Source: a phage. Taken from it: DNA of 64,000 nt. Position 1 is the first letter of the stretch; every line of letters begins with the position of its first letter. Location of the stretch: NCBI GenBank assembly GCA_012401045.1, contig GCA_012401045.1_4704.1; one strand, written 5' to 3'. Below are positions 38,901 through 48,200 of the stretch, piece after piece. The position numbers and the translations under genes were made by a program. The notes under the pieces are model-generated. The model worked only from the letters and a program-made list of their open reading frames with translations, ran no database searches and had not been told where the DNA came from.

Positions 38901-40342
38901 GCTAATTTCGCGGCTTTTGGTTTAACTTCAACATACTCAGCAAGTGTTAATCCAGAACCGTCGGGTGCTTCGATTTCATGGATGGCGTCGGCATTACGCA
39001 TCGCTGCTTTATATTGGACACCGCTTAACTGACCCGCATCCGCCAGATCGCTCGCGCGCACCAACACCGCATCCGATAACGACTGAATATATTCACCGTG
39101 TGTTTTTGGTAACGTTGCCGCGTCAAAGACATCAACCTTTTCTTCTTCGGTATCGTCGGTAACGACCTCGAAGAGATCGTCGGTAATGTCCTGATCTTCA
39201 TCGGGTTGGAAATCCGGCTGTACTTCTACCCCGGGTACTTCACGGACATCTTCGAACGAGCGTTCTACAATGGCGTTCCACGCATCAGCGTCATCGTCTT
39301 CATCCGACCCACCAACCAACTCCGCTTCTAACTCATCGGGATCAAGAACAGTGGCCAGATCCTCACCGTTAGGAAGCACGACGTCGCGATCATCGTACTC
39401 TGCATCCGGGCTGTCCGCAAGAATATCTCGCTCTTGACGAAGAACCTGTTCCTCTTCTTGTTTCTGTTCTTCTTCATTCGCGCTCTGCGACCATAGACGT
39501 GTTACCGCCATCATCCAACGACGCTGGAAGGTTTCGAGTGTCGTTTTATCGAGTTCTTCCCCTTCCTTTACAAGCCCGGTACGCCATTCTTCCAACAGGC
39601 CGAGATTCAGCGTAAAGAAGTACACGCCGTCTGTAAATACAACGTTAAGCTTATCCAGCGTGGCTCTGTCTAACGAAGCCATCGTGCTGTTCTCACGATC
39701 GGTTCCCAGCCAGCGGAAGAAGTCAAAGAACGACAGCTCCTCCGGCGTAGCGAAATTCATGAGGTTGTTACGGGTCGGTGCCTGTTGCGTGGTACGCATC
39801 AACGAAATCTTCGGCAATGTTGACGGTATACGGAACAACAGAAAGTGTTGGCGATCGCTTTGCTGCGCGATTTCGTTGGCTTTCGACCAAATTGTTTTAC
39901 GTACGTTGAACCATTCATCATACCAACGGGTGAGCGTTGGACGATAGATGTACATGTGGTTAAGATGTGCGTAGTTAGCAACGATCTGAGCGTTGATGTT
40001 TTTCTCCACCGTACTTAGATCGGTAACCAAACGAAAACGACGATGTGACGCACGATAATCCAATTTCGCTCGTGGGAGCTGGAATCGCTGATCACGTCGA
40101 GGTGCACCCTGTTTGGTTGCGAGATCATCAGCAAACGAAATCCATAGTTGAGCACTTTCTTTACTCAACATGTATTCGTTTTCTGGAGGACCTATCAATG
40201 AAGGATCCGTTGCGGTGTAATGATAGACAGCATAACGTGGCAGCTGCAATAGCTGCACTAAACGTAATCTCGGTGACAATAGCTCTTGGTAGCGTCTGAC
40301 GCCAAACTGTCGGTAGTAATCAAGGTATTTAAGTTTTGCCAT
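35996..40342 (-). CDS. Multisubunit RNA polymerase beta-like subunit (1448 aa)
   Basis: IVSVYGETRPFDEKTDGISSVMSTSALAVP (cf. E. coli beta [32 protein letters not shown]), GMGDKGTFA and EDGHTLDAIFSGTSIANRIIG (cf. beta RHGNKGV / DIVLNPLGVPSRMNIGQ), E. coli comparisons from memory. Confidence 0.65.
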   Translation of the reverse strand: MAKLKYLDYYRQFGVRRYQELLSPRLRLVQLLQLPRYAVYHYTATDPSLIGPPENEYMLSKESAQLWISFADDLATKQGAPRRDQRFQLPRAKLDYRASHRRFRLVTDLSTVEKNINAQIVANYAHLNHMYIYRPTLTRWYDEWFNVRKTIWSKANEIAQQSDRQHFLLFRIPSTLPKISLMRTTQQAPTRNNLMNFATPEELSFFDFFRWLGTDRENSTMASLDRATLDKLNVVFTDGVYFFTLNLGLLEEWRTGLVKEGEELDKTTLETFQRRWMMAVTRLWSQSANEEEQKQEEEQVLRQERDILADSPDAEYDDRDVVLPNGEDLATVLDPDELEAELVGGSDEDDDADAWNAIVERSFEDVREVPGVEVQPDFQPDEDQDITDDLFEVVTDDTEEEKVDVFDAATLPKTHGEYIQSLSDAVLVRASDLADAGQLSGVQYKAAMRNADAIHEIEAPDGSGLTLAEYVEVKPKAAKLAPAKVMPEADVIVDKSLCKSTLAVWDKHYVEHVMQKDIAAAVVAVQQAGYPVTGYKVEDVVDVMGDYQVITIKLAPVGGVPTTFPVMLPKVRKDGIYVVNGIKYRMRKQRVDKPIRKVSSSEVALSTAYGKVFVKRSERVVNNAGRWLTRQLTAMYYDKSSPLTTLKRGNVFDPAVKVPYYFAVLARNYTQIQFADWDIRLDTKTLPEFIGEDRFNEQLAEGLLTFARNTLGEFLAIDKRNQLYICQSGQTPTPVGTFPDFFGINAAKMPIEAADLEFMGVRIPVGVVLSYLGGLTPLLEHLKANYRTVPRGSRMGLAPDEFAVSFDDESLIFSKDDRMTTLLLGGFNEYRNYIGYARGAFDNRDIYFNVVDGAGLKVRHLRELELMERLFVDPVSRTLLQNMGEPTDFAMLLLRAVELLLDDWAPNTNDVNYQRFKTYDKFAELVYKDLVGAIRQNENSSQGNRQKISISPVSVWNQILDDSASIVIDETNPMLDIKQGEEATMTGIGGRSKTSLRRARDREYDKSDVGIVSEGTKDSGDVGISAYLAPNANIVSVYGETRPFDEKTDGISSVMSTSALAVPAVDRDDGKRLVFVGIQHNRMIAAEGYDVQPWRTGGETVIAHRVGKLFAAAAQGDGVVKKVTKTALTIQYDDPELGEEVFQLGTIIGKGPGKYYPHDLITDYKVGDRVKDQDVVVFHRLYFKRDWWNPGQVVWRAGVLSLVGILDIPETHEDSSYIFDNLADRLVTPSIKSRTLIVDAHLNIRGLVKIGDHVEPRTILATLEEPIATDLSDESQEAVEALRRMSQYNPRADVHGEVVQIDVLYRAQIEDMSETMAALVGDADKARAKRVKELKLNEAATGRINNSNVRIDGNPLGENQIAIRIFMRYDLGAGMGDKGTFAAQAKSVVSSVGHGVNKTEDGHTLDAIFSGTSIANRIIGSPEVVGTVNLGLLYATERAVDIYFNDAK

Positions 40343-40345
40343 GGG

Positions 40346-41992
40346 TTAGGCTCCACGAGGTCCCGTTAAGTTGCGTAATAGGAACGCAACCGTATCGTAA
40401 CCAATATCGATGTTGAATTTATTTTTACCACTTACCCAGAAAGCTCGCTTCTTGTGCGAGTTGGTAATTTCGTCAATAGCTTCCATGGAATAAAGAACGT
40501 TAACCGAGACCGTATCACCATCAAAGTCCCCACCAAGTCCGGCGAGGTATGGCGCAGGGACAATAGTCGTTTCTACGAACGAAGCATTAGGTAACCAGTC
40601 GGGGTATTCCCATGCGATAAATCGTTCATCCGTTATTGGTTCCCAGTTACTATCCAGTTCGGTTTTCGGTTTTGCGGCGACGGTTGTACGTGCGTAACAG
40701 GTTAACGGGATAACGGATTGCATACCTGATACCGGATAACGTGTTACCATCGCAGCCAGGTTATTCCAGTACTTATATCCGGCAATATAGATAAGCTCGG
40801 TGTAAGTAATGGGGTGAACATCCGCGCCAGGTTTATTCAACATCTCCGGGGGTAATTCACTCATGCCACGGAATAACCGAAACGAATCGTTGTTCACATA
40901 GACGAGGCAAAGATATCGTCCATTGACCATGATAGGCTCGTTACGCACGCCAGGATCGCTTAAGGTGTTCAGTAAACGTTCTATTCCGTCCCATGTTGTA
41001 AAGTCATCGATGGTGTCTGGATCAAGCGTGACGCGCTCACGTTCCATCGTTTCGGTATCAGTAAGTTCAACTTCTGTAACATCACGGACAAATATTTCCT
41101 GCAAAATACCGGTACGTAACGCATGTTGCGTTACTGGGAGAGCGGCTTTACTCATCTGGTATAACCCTAACTGAACCGCGGTACAGGAAGGCTGGTTAGG
41201 CGACCCTAATACCTCCGTTGTGGGGTTAATTGCCGAAATAACGTTACGGGTTGAGTTCCAAACGCGACGTGAACCAAACTTACCTTGGAAGATCCCTTTC
41301 TTACCCTGGAACATATCCAACAGTAAAGCGTAGATATCGTTGAATGTTCTCTGTAAGCTCCAGCGCTGGCCGTCGTAAACGGGATCGGAATAATCTTTTA
41401 ATCCATCAGGGACGGTGTTAGAAATTGCAAGGAAACGACGATACAACTCCGTGATTTCTTGCTCGCTTTCATACCCACCTTCTTTTACTTCTATTTCACG
41501 TAAGCCTGCAGGCAATACCAGTAAGTGACGGGTCATCGCTTTGAACATGTTCTCTTCGACAACTTTAATTCGTAGCTCTCGTTGAGCTGAACCCGTTGAA
41601 ACGAACTTGATATCCGCGACGTGTTGTGCAAAGAACCCGTATCCTGTTTGTCCTGTTAATGCATCAGACGCAACGAAGTCGCGTTGTTCGGGATCCCACC
41701 GAGCGTACGCCTTCCCCGACATGATATCGCCATAGAGGTGTTTTAATCGAATGAGACGGTCGTAAATGACAGGATGCAGGATTTCAACCTTGCATTCAAT
41801 CACCGCAAATCGACGGTCTCGATCTTCACTACCCGCACTACCAAAGATGGTGTAAGAATAGAAACCATCATCGTGGAAATTACCGGTGCTTGGGTCACGA
41901 ATGCTCATGCTCGTGATCTTGGGGAGAAAACGTAACTGCTGTTTATCGAGGTGTAAAATACTAATATTAAACGGCTCTCTGACTTTAGCCAT
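40346..41992 (-). CDS. Multisubunit RNA polymerase beta-prime N-terminal-half homolog (about 548 aa)
   Basis: C-terminal GGDFDGDTVSVNV (beta-prime NADFDGD catalytic motif), GKKGIFQGKFGSRRVWNSTRNVISAINP (cf. LLGKRVDYSGRSVIVVGP), RRFAVIECKVEILHPVIY; start ATG 41992 with SD AAGAGGAG. Confidence 0.8.
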   Translation of the reverse strand: MAKVREPFNISILHLDKQQLRFLPKITSMSIRDPSTGNFHDDGFYSYTIFGSAGSEDRDRRFAVIECKVEILHPVIYDRLIRLKHLYGDIMSGKAYARWDPEQRDFVASDALTGQTGYGFFAQHVADIKFVSTGSAQRELRIKVVEENMFKAMTRHLLVLPAGLREIEVKEGGYESEQEITELYRRFLAISNTVPDGLKDYSDPVYDGQRWSLQRTFNDIYALLLDMFQGKKGIFQGKFGSRRVWNSTRNVISAINPTTEVLGSPNQPSCTAVQLGLYQMSKAALPVTQHALRTGILQEIFVRDVTEVELTDTETMERERVTLDPDTIDDFTTWDGIERLLNTLSDPGVRNEPIMVNGRYLCLVYVNNDSFRLFRGMSELPPEMLNKPGADVHPITYTELIYIAGYKYWNNLAAMVTRYPVSGMQSVIPLTCYARTTVAAKPKTELDSNWEPITDERFIAWEYPDWLPNASFVETTIVPAPYLAGLGGDFDGDTVSVNVLYSMEAIDEITNSHKKRAFWVSGKNKFNIDIGYDTVAFLLRNLTGPRGA

Positions 41993-42237
41993 GGAGACAC
42001 TCCTCTTTACCACCACCGGCTGCGGCGGTATCATCTGAACACACGAGAGACGTAATGGGTGATGGCGTCACCCATCGCTTCCTTGCTTGAGGCGAGGAAG
42101 TTATTAGGTTACGTACCTGCCTGATTTTATCAGGTGGGCGATGTGTGAAGTTACGCTTCAACATTATCAATGCCGAAGGTAAACTTCGTGCATCACGTTC
42201 CAACGTAACATGGGAACGTATCGAACTGGAGGTATAC

Positions 42238-45200
42238 ATGGTAGATAAAACCCGTGTTGAGGGTGATGATAATTGGGACAACTGGGATGAAGACTTCTCC
42301 CTGGATCTCGATTTTAACGAACCCAAAGACGATCGTAAACCGATAACACGCTTTGCGATAGGAGCGGTTAAAGGTGCTGCTGAGGATCTTACTTCCTACG
42401 AAAGAATGAAGGAGATCGCCAGAAACGCATTGCCTAAGGGCTACAGCGACGGTATGGATCTTATTGATTCCGCCGTCGGATCCACGAAGGAACTATACAA
42501 TGAAGCCGTTCGTGACGTTCTTCCTAAGGTCCAAAGCTCAAAACGGTTAGCCGCACAACTGACCAAGAAATACCGTGCGAGCATGCCCGATTTCTCGAAG
42601 AAAATTCTTGAGCAATGGGAGCGAGAAGCCAAGGAAGAAGACGAACGTAAACAAGCTGAAGAAACCCTTCGTCAACGCATGGCGAGCGCGGGGGACGATG
42701 AGATCGCCCGCAAGGTTGCCGAGGCATTAGGCGAATCAGCAAACCAAAGCGCGGATCAGTTCGCTGAACAGCAAGCGAAAGAGAGTATCCGTGACGATAT
42801 CGCTGACAAACGGTACGCTGTAACCAACAAACAAATGAGTGCGATGCAAGAAGGCGTCGCCAAGATGGTTGGTTTCAACAATGAATTCGCTGCACGCTAC
42901 ATGCGTAAAAGCCTGGAACTGAAATATCGTTCCTTAGCGATTCAACGTGCAAGTTTTGATCAGCATAAAAAGTTAGCCGAAGTCTATATCGGTTTATTAC
43001 AAAACATCCAGAAGAATACGGCTTTACCTGATGCGGCTAAAGCAAAAATGTCGGAAGAATTCCGCCGTAGCGCGTACCAACGTTTCTTTGGTAATGCGTT
43101 AGATGCGATGAGTTCTTTCGAGAACCGTTTCTTTGCCGATGTTAAGAAAAACCTTGCCACCAACGCATTAGGTGCTTTAAAAGGCGTCGTGTCTGGCGCA
43201 AACGATGCGTTATACGGTTTAAACGAAGCACGTGACTCGATATCCATGATGGATGGGATGGGGTCAGATGGCGATATTAAGGAAATGCAAGGAAAGATGT
43301 TGGGTCAGTTCATTGGCTCAACTGTCGCACCATGGATGGCTAATAAAGGCAGGATGGCGTTACGCGATTTAGCAAAACGTCACCCCAATGCTAAATTCGC
43401 TAGCGCGTTAAAAGCCGTGGATCAAGGTGGTGAGGCTGCCGCTTACACAACGCGTAATCTCGGTAAACTGCTCCAGGAAGATATTCGTAAGAACGAATTC
43501 AATCTTAGCGATCCGTTTTACAAGCAATTGTTACGCGGTGCAGGGCGTTGGGCGTTCAACATGGACAGCGGACGTAACTTCCGCGTGATGAACGACACCG
43601 CTGAAACACTGGCAGAGCAAACATCTTTCGACGGTTTAACCTACCGCAGCATCAACGAGGTTATTCCAGGCTTTCTTGCACGCATTCTGAAAAGCAGTGA
43701 AGGCATCCGCACCGGAAACAGCGATCCTGACTACGAGGTCTATGACGGCATCAGCGGGCAATTCGTGTCTCAGCGCACGCGTGAGCAAAGCGTCAACGAC
43801 ACGCTGTTTAACAAACGTTCATTTGGTTATTACGCCAGCCGTTTCAACGAGGTTATCTCGGTCATCGATCCCGATAAGCAATTATCGGAAAAAGCCAGGA
43901 AGGCACTGGCTAAACAGTTGGCACGAGATAGCGACGCGAACATCGCATTCGACCCGGCTCGTTTTACGGATGAAAGCAACTTCGATCGTAGTATCGACCG
44001 TGACGCTATTAAGGAACTTTCCACGTACTTTCGTGACCGTTACGGTATTCGTGACGATATCAACGATAAGGGGGAACGTCATCAGGTCATTGGAAACCGC
44101 GGGCAATATTACACGGAACGTAACCGAGCCGATCTTCGTTACGGTAATCTGAAATCTTTACAACCGGATATCCAGCGTAACCTTAACCTGCTGAAACGTA
44201 CTGGTGACGTCCAATATCTGGAACGGATCGGGATTGTAACGAGAAATAGCGACGGAAGTTACTCGGTTAATCACGATAGGTATTTCTCTGAAATCGATCG
44301 GTACATCGACCGGCCGGAGTACGCTGACCGCGGCGATGTTAATACGCGATTAACCGCTCAGGAAACAAGAGCGCTGGCGCTGGGTTATCGTGACGCAAAA
44401 CCATCAGCTGGTGACGTCCAAAATGTCGGCCTGCCGAACATCGGTCGTAAGGCTGCTGGAACAGTAACCGTTGATGAAAACATCGGCTACGATAAATGGT
44501 GGAACGACACAGGTGTTATCACCACATCGCTTGAAGAACAGAATCGAGCGTGGCAAGAGCTTTATCTCGAGGCGTTGTCCGAAGCATCCGAACAACGTGT
44601 TGAAATGCTTGCGCTGCTGAAAGCCATTTCTGAGAAAGACTGGTCTAATAACGTTTCGCTGGATGGTGAAGATGTACCTGAAGGTACAGCACCCATTTCA
44701 TTTATCGATCGTGCCAAACAAAAACTCGGCGGACGCAACCTGTTTAAAGGCGGCCGCAATCTCCTCTGGAAAGGAATTAAAAATACCGCACGTTTAGGTG
44801 TTAAAGGCGCACGCTGGGGTGCAGAACGCACGTTGGGTAGTTTGGTAAATTCTGGCCGACGCATTATCAATTTCAACCGCTTCGTGTTCGGCGCATTATC
44901 CAAGGTTGATCAGGTTCCGTTTGACATTTACGTTAAAGGGGAATCCCAACCACGCATATTGGTTGCTAAACTTCGTCAGGGGTTATACTTCGATGAAGCG
45001 ACAGGAAAAGCCGTAAAACGGATGAAGGATATCAAAGGCCCACTCGTTGATGCGGATGGAAACATCGTAATCAGCAACGAGGATATCGAGAAAGGGTTGG
45101 TCACTCGCGCTGGTCGTGCCTTTGAGAATTCAGGACTTAAAGCATGGGCACGTGAAGGTCTTAATGGAATAACGACGGCATTAAGTCTCCCACGGATGTT

Positions 45201-48200
45201 AAAACGCGGTGCGGTTGAGATCTACAAACAGCTTGACAAAACACCCGACGTTTACGTCAAGGGAGAATCAACGCCTCGTCTGTTGTCCATGGTGTTAGCA
45301 GCGGGTGGGTATTTCCGTCGCTCGGATGGACAAGTCATCAAAAATCTTGAAGACATCGATGGTGATGTTGTTGATGCACAAGGTAACGTCGTACTTACGC
45401 TTGCCGACATGCAGAAAGGACTTGTCGATAAATACGGTAAAGCGATTCGTCGTTTAAAAGAAAAGCTCATCAACTTCGGTGTAAAAGCTTTTACGTTACC
45501 GTTAACGTTGCTACGTAAGACAAAGGACATCCTTAAAGCCCTTCCAGGTAAAACCGTTAACGGTCTACGGCGGATGGGATTAAATTTCCAATCACCTGAC
45601 GCGTTACTGGTGGGAACAACGTCGAGCATGGTAGATCGCCTCGATGCTATTTACCAGCTTCTTGACCAGCGTATGCCGGGAGGTGATAAGGATTACCGCG
45701 ATTGGAATGGCGATGGTGTTCGAGAAGGATCGTTGGAAGACCTGAAACGTAAGCGTGAAGCCAAGGAAAACGGTAAGGATGACATCGGCAAAGATTCCAA
45801 TAAAGGAGAAGAAAAGGAGAAGAAACGAGGGTTACTCGGAAGCCTTTTCGATATGCTCGGTGATACCGCAATAGGTAAACGTCTCATGGCGAGTCCGCTT
45901 GGAAAAATTCTGGGTGGTCTTGGGGCGGTGTTAAGCGGCGGTGCGTCGTTAACTGGGTTGTTGGGCAAAGGTCTCATTAGAGGAACCGGCGCGCTGGTCA
46001 AGGGAGGACTAAGTGCGGCAGGATGGTTAGGACGTGGTGCGTTAATGGCGGGTGGGGCCGCGTTGAACGCCGTTGGTGGGTTATCGGGATTAGGTGCATT
46101 CCTCATCTCACCTGTTGGGCTTGCTATCGCTGGCGGTGCGTTGGCTGCTTATGCTGGATGGAAGATCTATCAGCATTTCGCCGAGAAGCCTGACCCGATG
46201 CAGAAGCTCCGTCTTATTGCATACGGTGCAAAAGGGGACGATAAAGACTTCAATAAGAAGCTGCTTGCGACAGAAACATACCTCACCGACCATGTGGTTA
46301 TGACCGGGGATACCATCGGATTCGATCCGAAAGCCGACTCGGAAAAGATTCTCGAAATCTGGGAATTGTCTCTGGAAGATTCCGACCGAATGAACGAATG
46401 GAAACGCTGGTATCTGCATCGTTTTATTCCTGTTTTCGCTCGCGCGTACAAACTCTGGAAAGAGCATATGCCGGACGAGAAGAAATACATGGAAATGGAT
46501 AAATATCCGAACGGTGAGAACAAAGTGAAATGGTCGGAAGCGTTTATCTGGCCTTCCGATAGTCCTGATGGTCCGTATTACGTCGAAGCTAACCCGTTGG
46601 GTTCTTCTGGTGCGACGCGTTATATTGCTGGTCAAGACGTCAAAACCTTGATGCTGAAACAACTCGAAGCCATCAAGAAAGAGTACCAGAATCAGATTAA
46701 GCAATACACTCATGATGAGGCTATTGCTGATTGGTCACGGATGTCTGACACACAACGTAAATCCGTTGCGCCTAACGCATTACGTGGTCAGAAAGCGTCA
46801 TTACGTTTTAACGATAAACGTTACAACAGCGCTGGTGCTAAAGGACGACAGAAACTGGATGCAACCGCGGTTATTGAAAGCGTAGACCGCCGTGGTAGGA
46901 AATGGGTTGCCGGTGGATACATCGATGAACTCACCAGTCTTCGTGTTCGTGCGTACGGTATTAAGGTTCCGTTGTTAAGTCAGATAAAAGTGCTGATGGA
47001 ACTTGAAGACGCTGTAGAACCTGGCGTTGTCGCTGAAGGTAAAGGTGTTAAATACGGTGGCGATCTTGTCGCGCTCTACAAGAAATTCGCGACGAAGTTC
47101 GGAAGAGACGTTAACAGCAAGCATGATCAGGATATCTGGTTTGCTTGGATGAACAACCGTTTCCTGCCCGTCTTTTTAACCTATTACCAACAAGTTAGCG
47201 ACATGGGCGGTCAAGGACTTCTGTCCGACGTGGTACAGAACCTGAAAGACAGCCAACGCTGGGAAATCGGTGAAGCACTTGTCGCAACGCAATACCGTGA
47301 TGAGAAAGGTACACTGCAGCCTGTATGGTCCTGGAATAGTTGTGGTTTCTCCGGTACTGAAGCTAACACCACCAGCAGTTCAACAAAGAGCCAACTCGAT
47401 CTGTTAAAAGAATATGCGGATAAAGAGAAGGTTCGTGAGAAGAACGCGGAAGCATCGCAAGAGGATACCGATAAATTATCGAAGATCCAAGAGCTGATGA
47501 TGAAGCAGGCTGGGTACGAGAAGAAAGACGGTGTCTGGCAGAAGAAATCTCGCATTACCGGCGGGATGAGTAACTCCGAAGCGAATTACAACCCCAATAG
47601 GAATAAGGTCGGTGAAAGCAGCTTTACGGCTTCGGCTACTTCCAATGCGGGATTAGGGTCAACCGGCGATCTTACCGGATTGCCTAACATGGGCTTACAG
47701 AAACCTGCAATGGGACCAGGTCCTGAAGCTGGACGTCGTGCGCTTGTTAAATCCGCTGTAAAACGCGGCATTACCGATCCGATGGAAATGGCGATGTTCC
47801 TTGCGAACATCGAACATGAATCGGGGAACTACACTCACGTACGTGAGGGGAACTATAAGACACCAGAGCGTCTTAAACAGGTCTTCCCTTACAAATTCCG
47901 TGATGTGCAGGATGCCGCACAGACGATCAGCATGGGTCCGGAAGTGGTATTCGAACGTGTGTATGGTAATCGTAAAGATCTCGGAAACACACAGAAAGGA
48001 GACGGGGCGAAGTATTTAGGACGTGGCTTCATTCAGGTTACCGGTAAAGCTAACTACGCTCGTCTGTCCAAGACCTTGAATAAGGATCTTGTCAGCGATC
48101 CGACCTACCTGGAAACGCCGGAAGGTGCAGCGGAAGGTAGTGTCGCATGGTGGCTCAACCGAGGTAACGTATTACGCGATCCCGCAAAACGGGGTGACGT

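Noticed and set aside
42145-42237. GTG-initiated 5' extension of the giant ORF in the ORF track
   Set aside because: ATG at 42238 has a near-consensus SD (GGAGGT, 6-nt spacing); the upstream part lies in the divergent intergenic region
41985-42326. Minus-strand 113-aa ORF overlapping the RNAP gene start and the giant gene 5' end
   Set aside because: Ser/Arg-rich low-complexity translation spanning an intergenic region; no SD
44562-46713. Several minus-strand ORFs (e.g. 44562..44903, 45693..46106, 46108..46713) inside the giant gene
   Set aside because: Antisense to a long, well-supported coding frame; Pro/Arg-rich composition typical of antisense frames of GC-biased codons
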